Positions 40,843-52,154 of a stretch of DNA of 64,000 bases are shown here, in pieces. Under the pieces are notes generated by a model. The model did no database searches. It saw nothing but the letters and a program-made list of their open reading frames with translations, and was not told the DNA's origin. The position numbers and the translations under genes were made by a program. Every line of letters starts with the position of its first letter. Within the stretch, counting starts at the first letter, position 1. Source of the stretch: Gammaproteobacteria bacterium (GTDB lineage Bacteria; Pseudomonadota; Gammaproteobacteria; CAJXQU01); the NCBI GenBank assembly GCA_965238175.1, contig CBDEGZ010000003.1:2688001-2752000 (forward strand), given 5' to 3'.

Positions 40843-41355
40843 TTATTTCTCTAAATACTCATCAGAATTTCTCTTAGCTTTTGCGGCGGCTTCATATTGC
40901 CCTGCACCTTCAAGTGATAGTGAAATAACTAACCAGTTCCCACCAATCAAGCGTCTGTTCCCATTGGCTAATGCAATTGAACGATTAGCAAGTTCAACCG
41001 CCTGTGGCCATTTTTTTTGTTGCATCCGTAGCACAGCAAGTCGATGCCATAACCACGGGTTATCAGGCTCAATGTGGATTGCTCTTTCTAACGTAGCAGC
41101 AGCCTTATCGCCTTGTCCAGCTTCAGCCTGTTGTCTAGCTATTTCAAGTAGTTCAATAGCGGATCCACTAGCTGTTGGTGTAGTGTTTTGACCAGTAGCC
41201 TGTGATCCAACAGAAGGCGCAGTTGAGCTTTTTGGATAAGTCTCATCCGATTCCTGGACAGGCGTATTTTGGGTATGAGATGTAGTACATCCAGATAATC
41301 CAAGCAAACAACTTAAACAAATACCGATCTCAATTTTTCGTAAAAGTAAACTCAT
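40843..41355 (-). CDS. TPR lipoprotein, LpoP-like PBP1B activator
   Basis: Lipobox LSGC, disordered linker, AAATLERA..IEP.NP.LW..LA TPR; directly downstream of mrcB. Confidence 0.75.
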   Translation of the reverse strand: MSLLLRKIEIGICLSCLLGLSGCTTSHTQNTPVQESDETYPKSSTAPSVGSQATGQNTTPTASGSAIELLEIARQQAEAGQGDKAAATLERAIHIEPDNPWLWHRLAVLRMQQKKWPQAVELANRSIALANGNRRLIGGNWLVISLSLEGAGQYEAAAKAKRNSDEYLEK

Positions 41356-41379
41356 TCTCTAATAACCATTATTCAAAAT

Positions 41380-43755
41380 CTAAAACCCAAAAAAACCACT
41401 CTTTTGATTACAGTTTTCTATTTCACCTGAAACAGAACCTGATTTAAATGGTAAAGGAATAGATCCAGGACACTCTTTTTCGGTGATTTTACCTGATTGT
41501 TGGTTTATCCAATACCATTTTATATTCTCAGGCGGTGTCAATTTAACCGGTTTTGTAGGAATTGCTTGCATCAAATCGATCCAAACACGCAATGCCCCTG
41601 AAGCACCGGTTAACCCAGACGATTTATTATCATCACGCCCCAACCAAATAACCCCTAATGTATTTTGATCAAAACCTGCAAACCAACTATCACGTAGAGC
41701 ACTGGTTGTTCCGGTCTTACCCGCCAAAGGCAAATCGCTTAACAGACTTGATGCAGCTTTTGCAGTTCCAATTCTGACAACCTCAGTCATTGCATATTTG
41801 ATCAAGTAAGCATCTTCAGAATCAATAACACGATCTATTTCCAATTCATTTCGTTGTAGTGGTTTATTCTCTTTCGTCAAAACAGCGCGAATTGCACGTG
41901 GTGGGATACTAAAACCATCATTAGCAAATGTTTGATAAACACGGCTAATTTCCAACGGGGATAAGGCAACTGCACCTAACAATGTTGAAGGATAGTCAGA
42001 GATAGATCTACCGAGTCCTAGTGAATTCAAACGATCGACTATCGAAGGGATCCCTAATTCACGCCCTAACCAAACTGTTGCAGCATTATATGAATTAACC
42101 AAAGCAGTGATTAATGGTACTTCCCCATGAAATTTTTTATCGTAATTCTCAGGCTTCCAACTATTTTGATTTTTAATCATCCATGTGATCGGTTCATCTT
42201 TAACCATCGATGCCAATGTCCATCCTTTTTCCAAAGCTTCTAAATAAATCACCGGTTTGATTAATGATCCAATATGACGAGTAGAATTGATCGCTCTGTT
42301 GTAGTCTGCTTTACGCGGTTGTCGATCACCCACCATCGCGAGCGTCTCCCCGCTTTTTATATCTGTTAGAACAATCGCACCCTGTAATTGATCTTTAGGT
42401 AATTTTTTTTGTCGCTCGAGATTTATGATCTTATCTTTAAGCACCTTTTCAGCCTTCTCCTGCAAGATAGGATCTAGTGTTGTGAATATTTTCAATCCAG
42501 CTGTCCGTAAATCATTTTGATTATAATTTTTGATCAACTGCTTCCGAACTAAATCAGTAAACGCCGGGTAACGTGAACGACTCAATGATCGTTTTGTCTT
42601 TATGTCAGGATTTCTTAATGAGTTGTCTTTTTTTTGCTGTTCACTAATCAGACCTTCAGCAACCATGCTGTTAAGTACAATATTTCGACGTTGCATTGCT
42701 CGCTTGGGATGACGCCTAGGCTCGAAGTATGAAGGTCCTTTTACTAAACCAACTAACATGGCTAATTGATCAGAGCGTAATTCATTCAAAGGCGCAGCAA
42801 AATAATACTCAGCTGCCAGACCAAAGCCATGTATCGCACGATTATTATCCTGACCTAAAAAAACTTCATTCATATAAGCGGTAAGAATCTCATCTTTCTC
42901 GTAACGAAGTTCCAGCAATAGAGCCATTACCAACTCCGTAAACTTCCGTTTAAAGGTTCTTTCATGGGTTAAATAAAAGTTTTTAATCAATTGTTGGGTC
43001 AAGGTGCTAGCACCTTGCTTAGTTTTCATTGCTTGCAAATTGATCCAAAATGCACGCGCTATGCCTCTTGGATCAATTCCGTGGTGTTGGTAAAAACGTC
43101 GATCTTCCGTTGCTAAAAGAGCCTGGATCAAAAATGGAGGGATATCCTCATGTTTAAGAATGATTCGATCTTCTCGATGCATTGGAAATATTTTTGCGAT
43201 TTCCACAGGTTCAACTCGTAGAATAGGGACAACGCTACCCGAGCCAATTTGACTAATTTTTATAAGTTTTCGACCTTTAAAACGCAAAGAGATTCTTTGT
43301 GCAGGCTCATTTCCATCTAAGAAAATAAACCCTCTGGTATGAAGGTTTATAACACTCTCATTTGCAGAAAATTCACCAGGATTTTTTGCAGAAAGAACTC
43401 GCCTATAACCAAGTAGCTTCAATTCTGTCTGAACATCGACGAGATTTATGTTTTTTCCTGAAAAAAGTTCTAACGGTCTAGCAAAAACCCTGGCTGGCAA
43501 TGCCCAACGCTGACCTTCAAATTGTTGTTGAATCGTATGATCTAACCATACTAACCACGACGAAAGTATAATTAGTATAATAATAGATAGATAAAAAAGT
43601 GAACGTAATGAAATAATCGAAGATGGCCGTCGCTTTTTTGACACAGCCTCCCTCTTACGACGAACTCGCTTTGTACTCTTATTGTTACTTTTTGTTTTAT
43701 TAGTAGTTTTTTTCCGACTAACCGTGCGTTTTTTTTTGCTTACGTTTTTTGCCAC
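41380..43755 (-). CDS. mrcB: Penicillin-binding protein 1B
   Basis: UB2H region, EDRRFYQHHG, GASTLTQQ, GSLIKP, SYN, KTGTT. Confidence 0.95.
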   Translation of the reverse strand: MAKNVSKKKRTVSRKKTTNKTKSNNKSTKRVRRKREAVSKKRRPSSIISLRSLFYLSIIILIILSSWLVWLDHTIQQQFEGQRWALPARVFARPLELFSGKNINLVDVQTELKLLGYRRVLSAKNPGEFSANESVINLHTRGFIFLDGNEPAQRISLRFKGRKLIKISQIGSGSVVPILRVEPVEIAKIFPMHREDRIILKHEDIPPFLIQALLATEDRRFYQHHGIDPRGIARAFWINLQAMKTKQGASTLTQQLIKNFYLTHERTFKRKFTELVMALLLELRYEKDEILTAYMNEVFLGQDNNRAIHGFGLAAEYYFAAPLNELRSDQLAMLVGLVKGPSYFEPRRHPKRAMQRRNIVLNSMVAEGLISEQQKKDNSLRNPDIKTKRSLSRSRYPAFTDLVRKQLIKNYNQNDLRTAGLKIFTTLDPILQEKAEKVLKDKIINLERQKKLPKDQLQGAIVLTDIKSGETLAMVGDRQPRKADYNRAINSTRHIGSLIKPVIYLEALEKGWTLASMVKDEPITWMIKNQNSWKPENYDKKFHGEVPLITALVNSYNAATVWLGRELGIPSIVDRLNSLGLGRSISDYPSTLLGAVALSPLEISRVYQTFANDGFSIPPRAIRAVLTKENKPLQRNELEIDRVIDSEDAYLIKYAMTEVVRIGTAKAASSLLSDLPLAGKTGTTSALRDSWFAGFDQNTLGVIWLGRDDNKSSGLTGASGALRVWIDLMQAIPTKPVKLTPPENIKWYWINQQSGKITEKECPGSIPLPFKSGSVSGEIENCNQKSGFFGF

Positions 43756-43829
43756 AGTTTTACCACAGATTTAAGCCATTAGATTGTTGTTGAACAATAA
43801 ATCCAGAGAATTGAGGGTAATTGCCATAT

Positions 43830-43864
43830 AAAAAAGCCTTACTTATTTCTAAGCAAGGCTCTTT
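43830..43864 (-). terminator. Intrinsic terminator after the histone-like gene
   Basis: AAAAAAGCCTTACTTA...TAAGCAAGGCT hairpin. Confidence 0.65.
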
Positions 43865-43926
43865 AAATCAAGAAAATGTGAAATGGATCAAAAGCAGCAT
43901 GCTTACTACAAATCCAGATCAATTAT

Positions 43927-44427
43927 TTACTTTGCTGCTTTAGCCTTAGCTGCCGCCTTTCTTGCTTTAAGCCGCTCACGCACTTTTTTTGCCTTGGCGC
44001 GTTCATTATCTTTCAGCATCTTAGAATAGTTTTTTTCAAATTTATTTTGAAAAGCTGCAAATGCTTTGTTATAAGCTACTTTCTTTCGAAGTTTAGCTTT
44101 TCTCTCTTGCTGTTTAGCACGTTTTATATCTCTAGCTTCGCGCTGCTGCTCAGTCAACGGCACACCCCTTCCTTTTGCAGTGGCCTTCCTAGCAACTTTC
44201 TTCTTAGCAACCATCTTTTTCTTAGCAGGTCTTCCTCTGACAGCCACTTTTTTCTTACTAGTAGCTTTCTTTTTAGCAACCGTTTTTTTCTTCGCTACGG
44301 TTTTCTTCTTATTGATCACTCTTTTCTTTGCAATTACTTTCTTTTTTGAAACTATTTTCTTTTTAGCCAAAGGTTTTTTCTTTGTTGCAGATTTTTTACG
44401 AGAAACTTTCTTTTTTGCCAATGCCAT
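43927..44427 (-). CDS. Highly basic Lys/Ala-rich histone H1-like protein (start ATG 44427)
   Basis: Hexapeptide (A/S)KKKxV repeats, RGRP motif; GAGG SD before ATG 44427. Confidence 0.8.
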   Translation of the reverse strand: MALAKKKVSRKKSATKKKPLAKKKIVSKKKVIAKKRVINKKKTVAKKKTVAKKKATSKKKVAVRGRPAKKKMVAKKKVARKATAKGRGVPLTEQQREARDIKRAKQQERKAKLRKKVAYNKAFAAFQNKFEKNYSKMLKDNERAKAKKVRERLKARKAAAKAKAAK

Positions 44428-44538
44428 ATTGAGGATACCTCTTCGGTAATTAATTGATCTTGAATATATGAACTTTCTAACTATAACATATTCATTAATG
44501 TCGTAAACCATCAAACATCTTTATATACATGATATTTT

Positions 44539-45192
<654 letters not shown>

Positions 45193-45282
45193 CTATATTT
45201 AGAATTCTGTATTTGTGAGTAATTATTGAAAGGTGTTATCTTACTGGCAGTTAAAAAAAAGTACACTGGGATTTATCTAAAA

Positions 45283-45660
45283 ATGAAACTTGAAACGAAC
45301 AATGATAATTCATCTTATGTGATTCATGCTTATGATGATTTTGGCATAACTGTTAATGATAAAAAACTTACTCATAGTTTCATTATTAGTCCTGATGAAC
45401 TAATCCCTGATTGGCGACCTGACAGATTTACAGAATTAACCATCGACGATGTAATTGATATCTTAAATTTAAAACAGGAAATTGTTATTCTCGGTTGTGG
45501 TAAACATTCTGTCCTACCTGATCAATCAATTATTAATATTATTAAAAAGAAAGGAGTTGGTTTTGAAATAATGGATACTTATGCTGCATGTCGCTGCTAT
45601 AGCATTCTCGTTTCTGAAGGCCGAAGTGTGGCTGCTGGTCTAATTATTAACCAGGAATAA
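45283..45660 (+). CDS. Mth938-like (DUF498) protein
   Basis: IVILGCG, GVGFEIMDTYAACRCYSILVSEGRSVAAGL. Confidence 0.88.
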   Translation: MKLETNNDNSSYVIHAYDDFGITVNDKKLTHSFIISPDELIPDWRPDRFTELTIDDVIDILNLKQEIVILGCGKHSVLPDQSIINIIKKKGVGFEIMDTYAACRCYSILVSEGRSVAAGLIINQE

Positions 45661-45676
45661 CGATGGCAGGCTTTTT

Positions 45677-46675
45677 TTATTCTTCTGGACACAAGGTCTC
45701 TATTGACAGCCCTTCTTTCTCAAGTTGATGCCTCAAACGTTTAAGCGCTTCCAATTGAATTTGTCGTACTCTTTCACGAGTAACACCAATTAATTTCCCA
45801 ACTTCTTCTAAAGTGTGAATATCGCTCCCGTGTATGCCAAAACGATATTCAACCACTGCACGTTGTTTATCATTTAAGGTCATAAGCCAGCTATCCAGAT
45901 GTAACTTGATATCATCATCTTGAAGTTTAATGGCCGGATCACTTTTATTTTCATCAGGAACAGTATCAAGAATAGAAAGCTCCGACTCACCAGCGACAGG
46001 AACATTCACCGAGATGACACGATCATTCATACTCAAAATACTTTCAACGTCTTCAACTTCCCGATCTAAATAGACAGCTATATCTTCCGCACTTGGCTCA
46101 CCTGTCATAGTCTGAGAAAGTTTATAACGTGCTCTAAGACAAGCATTTAGCTCTTTAACAACATGGATTGGAAGTCGTATGGTTCTTGTCTGATTCATAA
46201 TGCCGCGTTCAATTGTTTGACGAATCCACCATGTCGCATAAGTAGAAAAACGAAAACCTTTTTCAGGATCAAACTTCTCTACCGCTCGAATTAAACCAAG
46301 ATTTCCTTCTTCTATCAAATCTAAAAAAGCGAGACCACGATTCATATATCGTCTAGCGATCTTGACCACCAGTCGGAGGTTACTTTCGATCATTCTCTTC
46401 TTCGCATCAGGATCGCCTTGTTGAACCTTACGTGCAACGAGGACTTCTTCTTCGGCAGTTAATAATGGAGAAAAACCAATCTCATTAAGATAGAGACTAG
46501 TCGCATCAAGATCACGATTATTCAAATTTTTAGCTATTTTTTGTTCGCCATCAAGGGGACTTTCTTCTGTCTTTTGGTTGCTGGTCTCAACTCTTTCGAT
46601 AGGCGTATTATCTGAGACAGTTTTTGTTTCAAAGTCTAAAGGGTGTGAATTCTCATTTTCTTCAATTTCACTCAT
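45677..46675 (-). CDS. rpoS: RNA polymerase sigma factor RpoS
   Basis: [66 protein letters not shown]. Confidence 0.95.
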   Translation of the reverse strand: MSEIEENENSHPLDFETKTVSDNTPIERVETSNQKTEESPLDGEQKIAKNLNNRDLDATSLYLNEIGFSPLLTAEEEVLVARKVQQGDPDAKKRMIESNLRLVVKIARRYMNRGLAFLDLIEEGNLGLIRAVEKFDPEKGFRFSTYATWWIRQTIERGIMNQTRTIRLPIHVVKELNACLRARYKLSQTMTGEPSAEDIAVYLDREVEDVESILSMNDRVISVNVPVAGESELSILDTVPDENKSDPAIKLQDDDIKLHLDSWLMTLNDKQRAVVEYRFGIHGSDIHTLEEVGKLIGVTRERVRQIQLEALKRLRHQLEKEGLSIETLCPEE

Positions 46676-46947
46676 TGGAATATTATCAATTAGTTTAAAA
46701 GATACTTCATAAAACTTATGTTAATTACAAGAATATTAGTTTTCTAACTTTTATTAAAGTTCTATACGTTTTAATCTCTTTGTGTGATCCTAGTATGCCT
46801 ACTAATTGTCTGATATAAAAGCTTCAAGATAGCTACTCTTATTCCAAACTGAATCGTAAAAAAACTATTCGTATCTTATAGATGGTTGTTAATTAAGTGA
46901 TCAAGTGACAAAATTAGCCTGAAAGGACCCATCAAGAGGTACAGCTT

Positions 46948-47379
46948 ATGAACACAGCACAACAAGTATTAAATAGCCGTGATGATCATCGAATATGGTC
47001 TATCAAACCCGACGCCACTGTCTACGAAGCAATTGCCGAGATGGACAACAGAAGCGTAGGTGCTTTACTGGTAATGGAAGGAGAGCAGCTTTTAGGTATT
47101 ATTTCTGAGCGAGATTACACGCGTAAAATCGTTTTAAAACAGAAGTCATCACGCACAACAAAAGTGTTAGACATTATGACACAGGATATTTTTTGCGCTC
47201 AAAAAGAAGAATCCATTGATAAATGTATGCGCCTCATGCATAAACATGCGTTCAGGCATTTACCCATTCTTGATGGGAAGACAGTAATCGGTATGCTCAC
47301 GGTTAAAGATGTTCTTGGTAGCTTACTTTCAGAAAAAGACGAACTAATCCACCAATTGGAAAATTATATCAATAGCTGA
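46948..47379 (+). CDS. CBS-domain protein
   Basis: VGALLV...GIISERDY, FRHLPI...IGML tandem CBS pair. Confidence 0.9.
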   Translation: MNTAQQVLNSRDDHRIWSIKPDATVYEAIAEMDNRSVGALLVMEGEQLLGIISERDYTRKIVLKQKSSRTTKVLDIMTQDIFCAQKEESIDKCMRLMHKHAFRHLPILDGKTVIGMLTVKDVLGSLLSEKDELIHQLENYINS

Positions 47380-47422
47380 CCTTTGTTATATTTTAAGCTT
47401 CAGCTCAAAAACAGTTGACACT

Positions 47423-49054
47423 ATGGCACCCAATGATACGCCTGCATGGAGGAAACTTCGGCAACACTACCTGACGATTAAATCTGTACATATGCGCCAA
47501 CTCTTCGATAATAATAGTCAGCGAGTTAAAAAATTCTCCGCCCAAACAGAAGACATATTCCTCGATTATTCGAAAAACCGTATTGATCAAACAGCGATGG
47601 ATCTTTTGATCAAACTGGCTGAAGAGAGAGAACTCGATATTATGCGGTCAGCGATGTTTAACGGCGAAAAGATAAACTTCACTGAACAACGTGCAGTAAT
47701 GCATACAGCTTTAAGAAATCGTTCTAAAAGACCTTCTTTAGCCGATGGTAGAAGTGTTAAATCATCTGTAAAAGATGTTCTAAAAAAACTCGGCGTTTTT
47801 TCTGACAGAGTTCGGAGTGGAAAATGGTTAGGCTATTCAGGGAAACCAATCAAAACCATTATTAATATTGGCATAGGCGGTTCCCACCTTGGTCCAAAAC
47901 TAGTCTCAAATGCGCTCGCTGAATATAATAATTCTACTCTCGATTGTTGGTTTATTTCGAGCTCAGATATCAACACATTACTCAATAAAGTTGATCCCGA
48001 AACAACCCTTTTTATTGTCGTCTCTAAATCATTTTCGACACAAGAAACGATTGCAAATGCTGAATTGGCCAAATCATGGCTAGTCAAAAAATCTGGAGAC
48101 AAGAGCTCGGTCGCTAAACATTTTGTCGCTGTTTCTGCAAATCATCAGGCAACTGGCATGTTTGGAATTGATCATGAAAATGTCTTTGAACTCTGGGATT
48201 GGGTAGGGGGACGCTATTCTTTATGGAGCTCAGTTGGCCTCTCCATTATCTTACAAATTGGAATAGAACAATTTGAAGCCATGCTTGAGGGTGCATGGCG
48301 TATGGATGAACATTTTCGTACGACACCTTTTGATCAAAACTTACCTGTGATTATGGCGCTGCTCGGTGTTTGGTATACAAACTTTTTCGATACCACTTGC
48401 CATGCTGTCGAGCCATATGACGTACGCCTGGAAGGCCTACCGTCCTATCTACAACAGTTAGACATGGAAAGCAATGGCAAATCTGTCACCGCAAATGGAA
48501 CGACAGTTAATTATAATACGGGCCCTATCATTATTGGTTCGGTAGGTACTGACTGCCAACATGCATATTTTCAATCACTGCATCAAGGTAGCCACCTCAT
48601 CCCAGTGGACTTTATTGCTTCGCTTCAACCACCACCTTATTCTGCAAAAAAACAACATGAAGCTTTGTTGGCAAACTGCTTTGCACAATCAGAGGCAATG
48701 ATGTGTGGACGCACAGAACAAGAAATTCGTACTGAACTCAAAAATTCAGATCTAAGTACAGGTGATATTGAGTTACTGACTCTACATAAAGTTATTCCAG
48801 GAAACAAACCCAGTAATACTCTTTTAGTCAATGATGTTACACCTGAATCTTTTGGTGCTCTTCTAGCACTTTATGAACACAAAGTTTTTGTCCAAGGCGT
48901 CATTTGGAATATTAACTCCTTTGATCAATGGGGTGTTGAATTAGGCAAACAATTAGCAAAAACGATTCAACAAGATTTAAAACAGAAGGTTTTCGACGAA
49001 CATGATTGCTCGACAGAGAGTTTAATGCGTAAGTATCGTTTAGGGAACCTTTGA
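47423..49054 (+). CDS. pgi: Glucose-6-phosphate isomerase
   Basis: IGIGGS, SKSFST, VGGRYSLWS, QQLDMESNGK, FDQWGVELGK. Confidence 0.96.
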   Translation: MAPNDTPAWRKLRQHYLTIKSVHMRQLFDNNSQRVKKFSAQTEDIFLDYSKNRIDQTAMDLLIKLAEERELDIMRSAMFNGEKINFTEQRAVMHTALRNRSKRPSLADGRSVKSSVKDVLKKLGVFSDRVRSGKWLGYSGKPIKTIINIGIGGSHLGPKLVSNALAEYNNSTLDCWFISSSDINTLLNKVDPETTLFIVVSKSFSTQETIANAELAKSWLVKKSGDKSSVAKHFVAVSANHQATGMFGIDHENVFELWDWVGGRYSLWSSVGLSIILQIGIEQFEAMLEGAWRMDEHFRTTPFDQNLPVIMALLGVWYTNFFDTTCHAVEPYDVRLEGLPSYLQQLDMESNGKSVTANGTTVNYNTGPIIIGSVGTDCQHAYFQSLHQGSHLIPVDFIASLQPPPYSAKKQHEALLANCFAQSEAMMCGRTEQEIRTELKNSDLSTGDIELLTLHKVIPGNKPSNTLLVNDVTPESFGALLALYEHKVFVQGVIWNINSFDQWGVELGKQLAKTIQQDLKQKVFDEHDCSTESLMRKYRLGNL

Positions 49055-49201
49055 TGTGTCTGAACGAGAAAGTTTTTGAATTAAAATACTCAAGGTCAAG
49101 GTGCTAAACGCAAGGAATAGTTGTTCTATTGCTAAGTTTCGCACCGCTGAAATTGAGTATTTTGGACTAAAACTGACCGTTCATGACATATCAGAGTTCC
49201 C
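49043..49201. mobile_element. MITE (family C) between convergent pgi and the kinase gene
   Basis: TA-GGGAACCTTTGATGTGTC ... GACATATCAGAGTTCCC-TTA TIRs; nested AAAATACTCAA/TTGAGTATTTT inverted repeat. Confidence 0.75.
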
Positions 49202-50482
49202 TTAGGAAGGCTCTGATAAAACCGATGAAACAATGTTAATAGAGATCAACTTTCTTGTTAATGCGGCAGAGAGTGCTTTATATATTTTTACTTGACAAGG
49301 CTGAGAAAGATTTTCTATTAGCTCATAAGTTAGCTTTATCACTCTGGTTTGAGTAGTCGCTGTAATAGTTGTGGTATATGGCTCTCTAGTTATAAATGAA
49401 ACCTCACCAAAACTATCACCAATATTAATACTCTCGGTAGAAAATTCACCTTTCATAAGCACATAAAAACCCTGAACAAGCTGATCTTGCTGAATAATCT
49501 GGGCACCTTGATTAAATTTCAACCAGATACAGCCACGACTAATCACTTTAATTTCATTATCATCAAAATCATCAAAAAAGTTCAGAGCTCTGACTTCACT
49601 TTCTTTATCTGTGAAGACATTTGCTGTGTCTTTCACAGAATAAATATGTTTTAAACATTTGATCATTTCTGAAGCAGAGTGGAAACGTAGCTTTGGATCT
49701 TTTCTCAAAGCACGCATGATGAACTTCACAAGCTCATCTGAAAGTTCAGGTTTGAAATCTAATGGGCTAGCGGGAGCTTCATTCACAACCTTAAAGATCA
49801 ATTTAGAAAAACTTTCTGAGGCAAAAGGGTGTTTACCAGTTAACAACTCATACATTACAACACCCAGTGAGTAGAGATCTGTTTGGTAGGTAATAACGTC
49901 TTCCTGGATTTGTTCAGGAGACATATAGCGAGGAGAACCAACAAAACCAGTTGACATTGTTATTTCAAAACCAGGTTTGTTTACATAAGCAATACTAAAG
50001 TCTGCTAACTTAACCTTTTTATCTTCTGTTACAAGTAAATTTGCAGGTTTTATATCTCGATGTATAACACCCATAGAATGCATATATTCAAGTCCTGATG
50101 CACATTGTATAAGCAACTCCACTGCTTGTTCTGGTGTTAATAAATTTTCATTAGAAATATACTCTTTAATCGTTCGAGCATGTTTGACCAACTCCATAAC
50201 AATAAAATGTTTACCTTGATCATTACCATAATCAAATACTCGCATGATATTTGAATGGTTTAATAGCCGTGCAGTTTTAGCCTCACGAATAAACATCTCG
50301 TTAAGCTGTCGTGCCTGGAGTTTGTCTTTTACTTGATACGAACGCGATACCTTGATCGCTACAGACTGCTCTGCAATTGGATCAAATGCTTCATAAACTG
50401 TACCCATACTACCATGAGCTAATCTTTCAATAATTTGATATTTCCCAAGCCTTTTAGGGATTGTATGCTTTGGCTTATTCAC
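49202..50482 (-). CDS. Hanks-type Ser/Thr protein kinase with C-terminal cNMP-binding-like domain
   Basis: GSMGTVY, VAIK, HRDIKPANLL, DFS, GSPRYMSPEQ; C-terminal GDSFGEVSF. Confidence 0.9.
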   Translation of the reverse strand: MNKPKHTIPKRLGKYQIIERLAHGSMGTVYEAFDPIAEQSVAIKVSRSYQVKDKLQARQLNEMFIREAKTARLLNHSNIMRVFDYGNDQGKHFIVMELVKHARTIKEYISNENLLTPEQAVELLIQCASGLEYMHSMGVIHRDIKPANLLVTEDKKVKLADFSIAYVNKPGFEITMSTGFVGSPRYMSPEQIQEDVITYQTDLYSLGVVMYELLTGKHPFASESFSKLIFKVVNEAPASPLDFKPELSDELVKFIMRALRKDPKLRFHSASEMIKCLKHIYSVKDTANVFTDKESEVRALNFFDDFDDNEIKVISRGCIWLKFNQGAQIIQQDQLVQGFYVLMKGEFSTESINIGDSFGEVSFITREPYTTTITATTQTRVIKLTYELIENLSQPCQVKIYKALSAALTRKLISINIVSSVLSEPS

Positions 50483-50537
50483 GATTTTTTATTGTTTTTT
50501 AGCCTGTGTTTTAGAAAATGCTATTTGGAGGTTCAGA

Positions 50538-52151
50538 TCAAGATTGTTCTTCAGCATGTTGTATAGGATTGTTGATCAATTGACTATGATCTTCAATCGA
50601 AAAAGAAAAAGTACTTCCTTTATCCAATTCTGATTCAACCATTATCTGACCTCCCATCAACTCTATTAACTGTCTACTGATCACAAGTCCTAACCCTGTG
50701 CCACCATAATTTCGAGTAGTAGAAGCATCCGCTTGTACAAAAGCATTAAAAATAACGTCTTGCCTATCTTCCGGGATACCGACACCACTATCTTCAACTT
50801 CAAACAAAACATATTCTTTACTTTGTGTAGTTAAAAGTCTTATTTGAACAAATCCATCACTCGTGAATTTAATTGCATTCCCAACTAAATTGTACAATAC
50901 CTGTCGTAATCGGCCTGGATCTGTAATAATTGATTTTAGTTCTTCATTTTCAATGGTGTAATCTAGTAAAACACCACTCTCTCTCGCCGAACCAGAAAGT
51001 AGATTGATCACATCTTTTATAATTTCTTCAGGATTAAAACTAATTTTTTCTAACTCGACTGAATTCGTACTCAGCTTTGACATATCGAACACATTCTCAA
51101 TTAGCTCTAATAGTGACTCTGCTGATCTATGAGCAACATTTATATATTCTAATTGTTCTACACTCATTTCCGACTGTTTTAATAAATTATGCACACCCAT
51201 AACGCCATTAAGTGGTGTCCTAAGTTCATGACTCATGTTACTTAAAAAGTCAGACTTCACTCTGGTGGCTTCGATCGCTTCTTCTGATGCTTTCTCAGCC
51301 TTGATTTCGGCCAATTTTCTTCTTGTTATATCTTGACTAATACCGATGACACGATGAGCTTTACCCCCCTTATCATGTGTCACTACCTTTGCACGTCCAG
51401 ATGTCCACATCCAGTCGCCTGATGATTTAAGCATCCTGAATTCACAGTCAAAATAATCAAGTCTGCCAAACAAATGCTGACACATCATTTTCTTCACATT
51501 CGACCAATCTTCCGGATGTACCAGATCTTGCCACTCCGAAATATAAGAATGTAATTTAGCATGCTCATAACCTAACATACCCATAAGACCGCCATGGAAA
51601 ACTTCCCGAGTATCTACGTGCCAATCCCACATGGCCAGATCCCCAGAACTTAACGCTAATTTAATTCGATTATTTGCTTGAGATAATTCCAGTACATTTG
51701 AACGTAATAATGCCTCTTGATTCACAGTAGCACTTATATCTGAGACTTGAATTAAACAATGATGTTTATCTTCAGTACCTAATTTAATCGGCCTTATCTC
51801 AATCGCTTGTGGAATTTTTTCTGATTGATTCGGGTTAAACAAAGGTAAAGGAGCTTTATGAATTGATTGAGCCAAGATTGATGAGCTACCATTTTTAATG
51901 GCATTATTAACAACGTAGAAAAAATGCTTATCTGTTATTTCTGAAAAAATAGAACAATAGCTTTTACCGATAACTTCATTCTGTGTTAGACCGCTCTTTT
52001 CTTCCATCCAACGATTCCACAAAATTACAGAACCATGCGGGTCTATCATCACTATACCGATATTAATAGCTTCAATTATCTTATTCATCGTGTGTTTACT
52101 ATATTCCGATTTGATCTGATCTGAACTGATCAACTGTTTTATTCTACTCAT
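50538..52151 (-). CDS. Cytoplasmic PAS-PAS histidine kinase
   Basis: Two PAS domains, FLSNMSHELRTPL, NAIKFT, DSGVGI, GGTGLGL; no receiver. Confidence 0.92.
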   Translation of the reverse strand: MSRIKQLISSDQIKSEYSKHTMNKIIEAINIGIVMIDPHGSVILWNRWMEEKSGLTQNEVIGKSYCSIFSEITDKHFFYVVNNAIKNGSSSILAQSIHKAPLPLFNPNQSEKIPQAIEIRPIKLGTEDKHHCLIQVSDISATVNQEALLRSNVLELSQANNRIKLALSSGDLAMWDWHVDTREVFHGGLMGMLGYEHAKLHSYISEWQDLVHPEDWSNVKKMMCQHLFGRLDYFDCEFRMLKSSGDWMWTSGRAKVVTHDKGGKAHRVIGISQDITRRKLAEIKAEKASEEAIEATRVKSDFLSNMSHELRTPLNGVMGVHNLLKQSEMSVEQLEYINVAHRSAESLLELIENVFDMSKLSTNSVELEKISFNPEEIIKDVINLLSGSARESGVLLDYTIENEELKSIITDPGRLRQVLYNLVGNAIKFTSDGFVQIRLLTTQSKEYVLFEVEDSGVGIPEDRQDVIFNAFVQADASTTRNYGGTGLGLVISRQLIELMGGQIMVESELDKGSTFSFSIEDHSQLINNPIQHAEEQS

Positions 52152-52154
52152 TTT

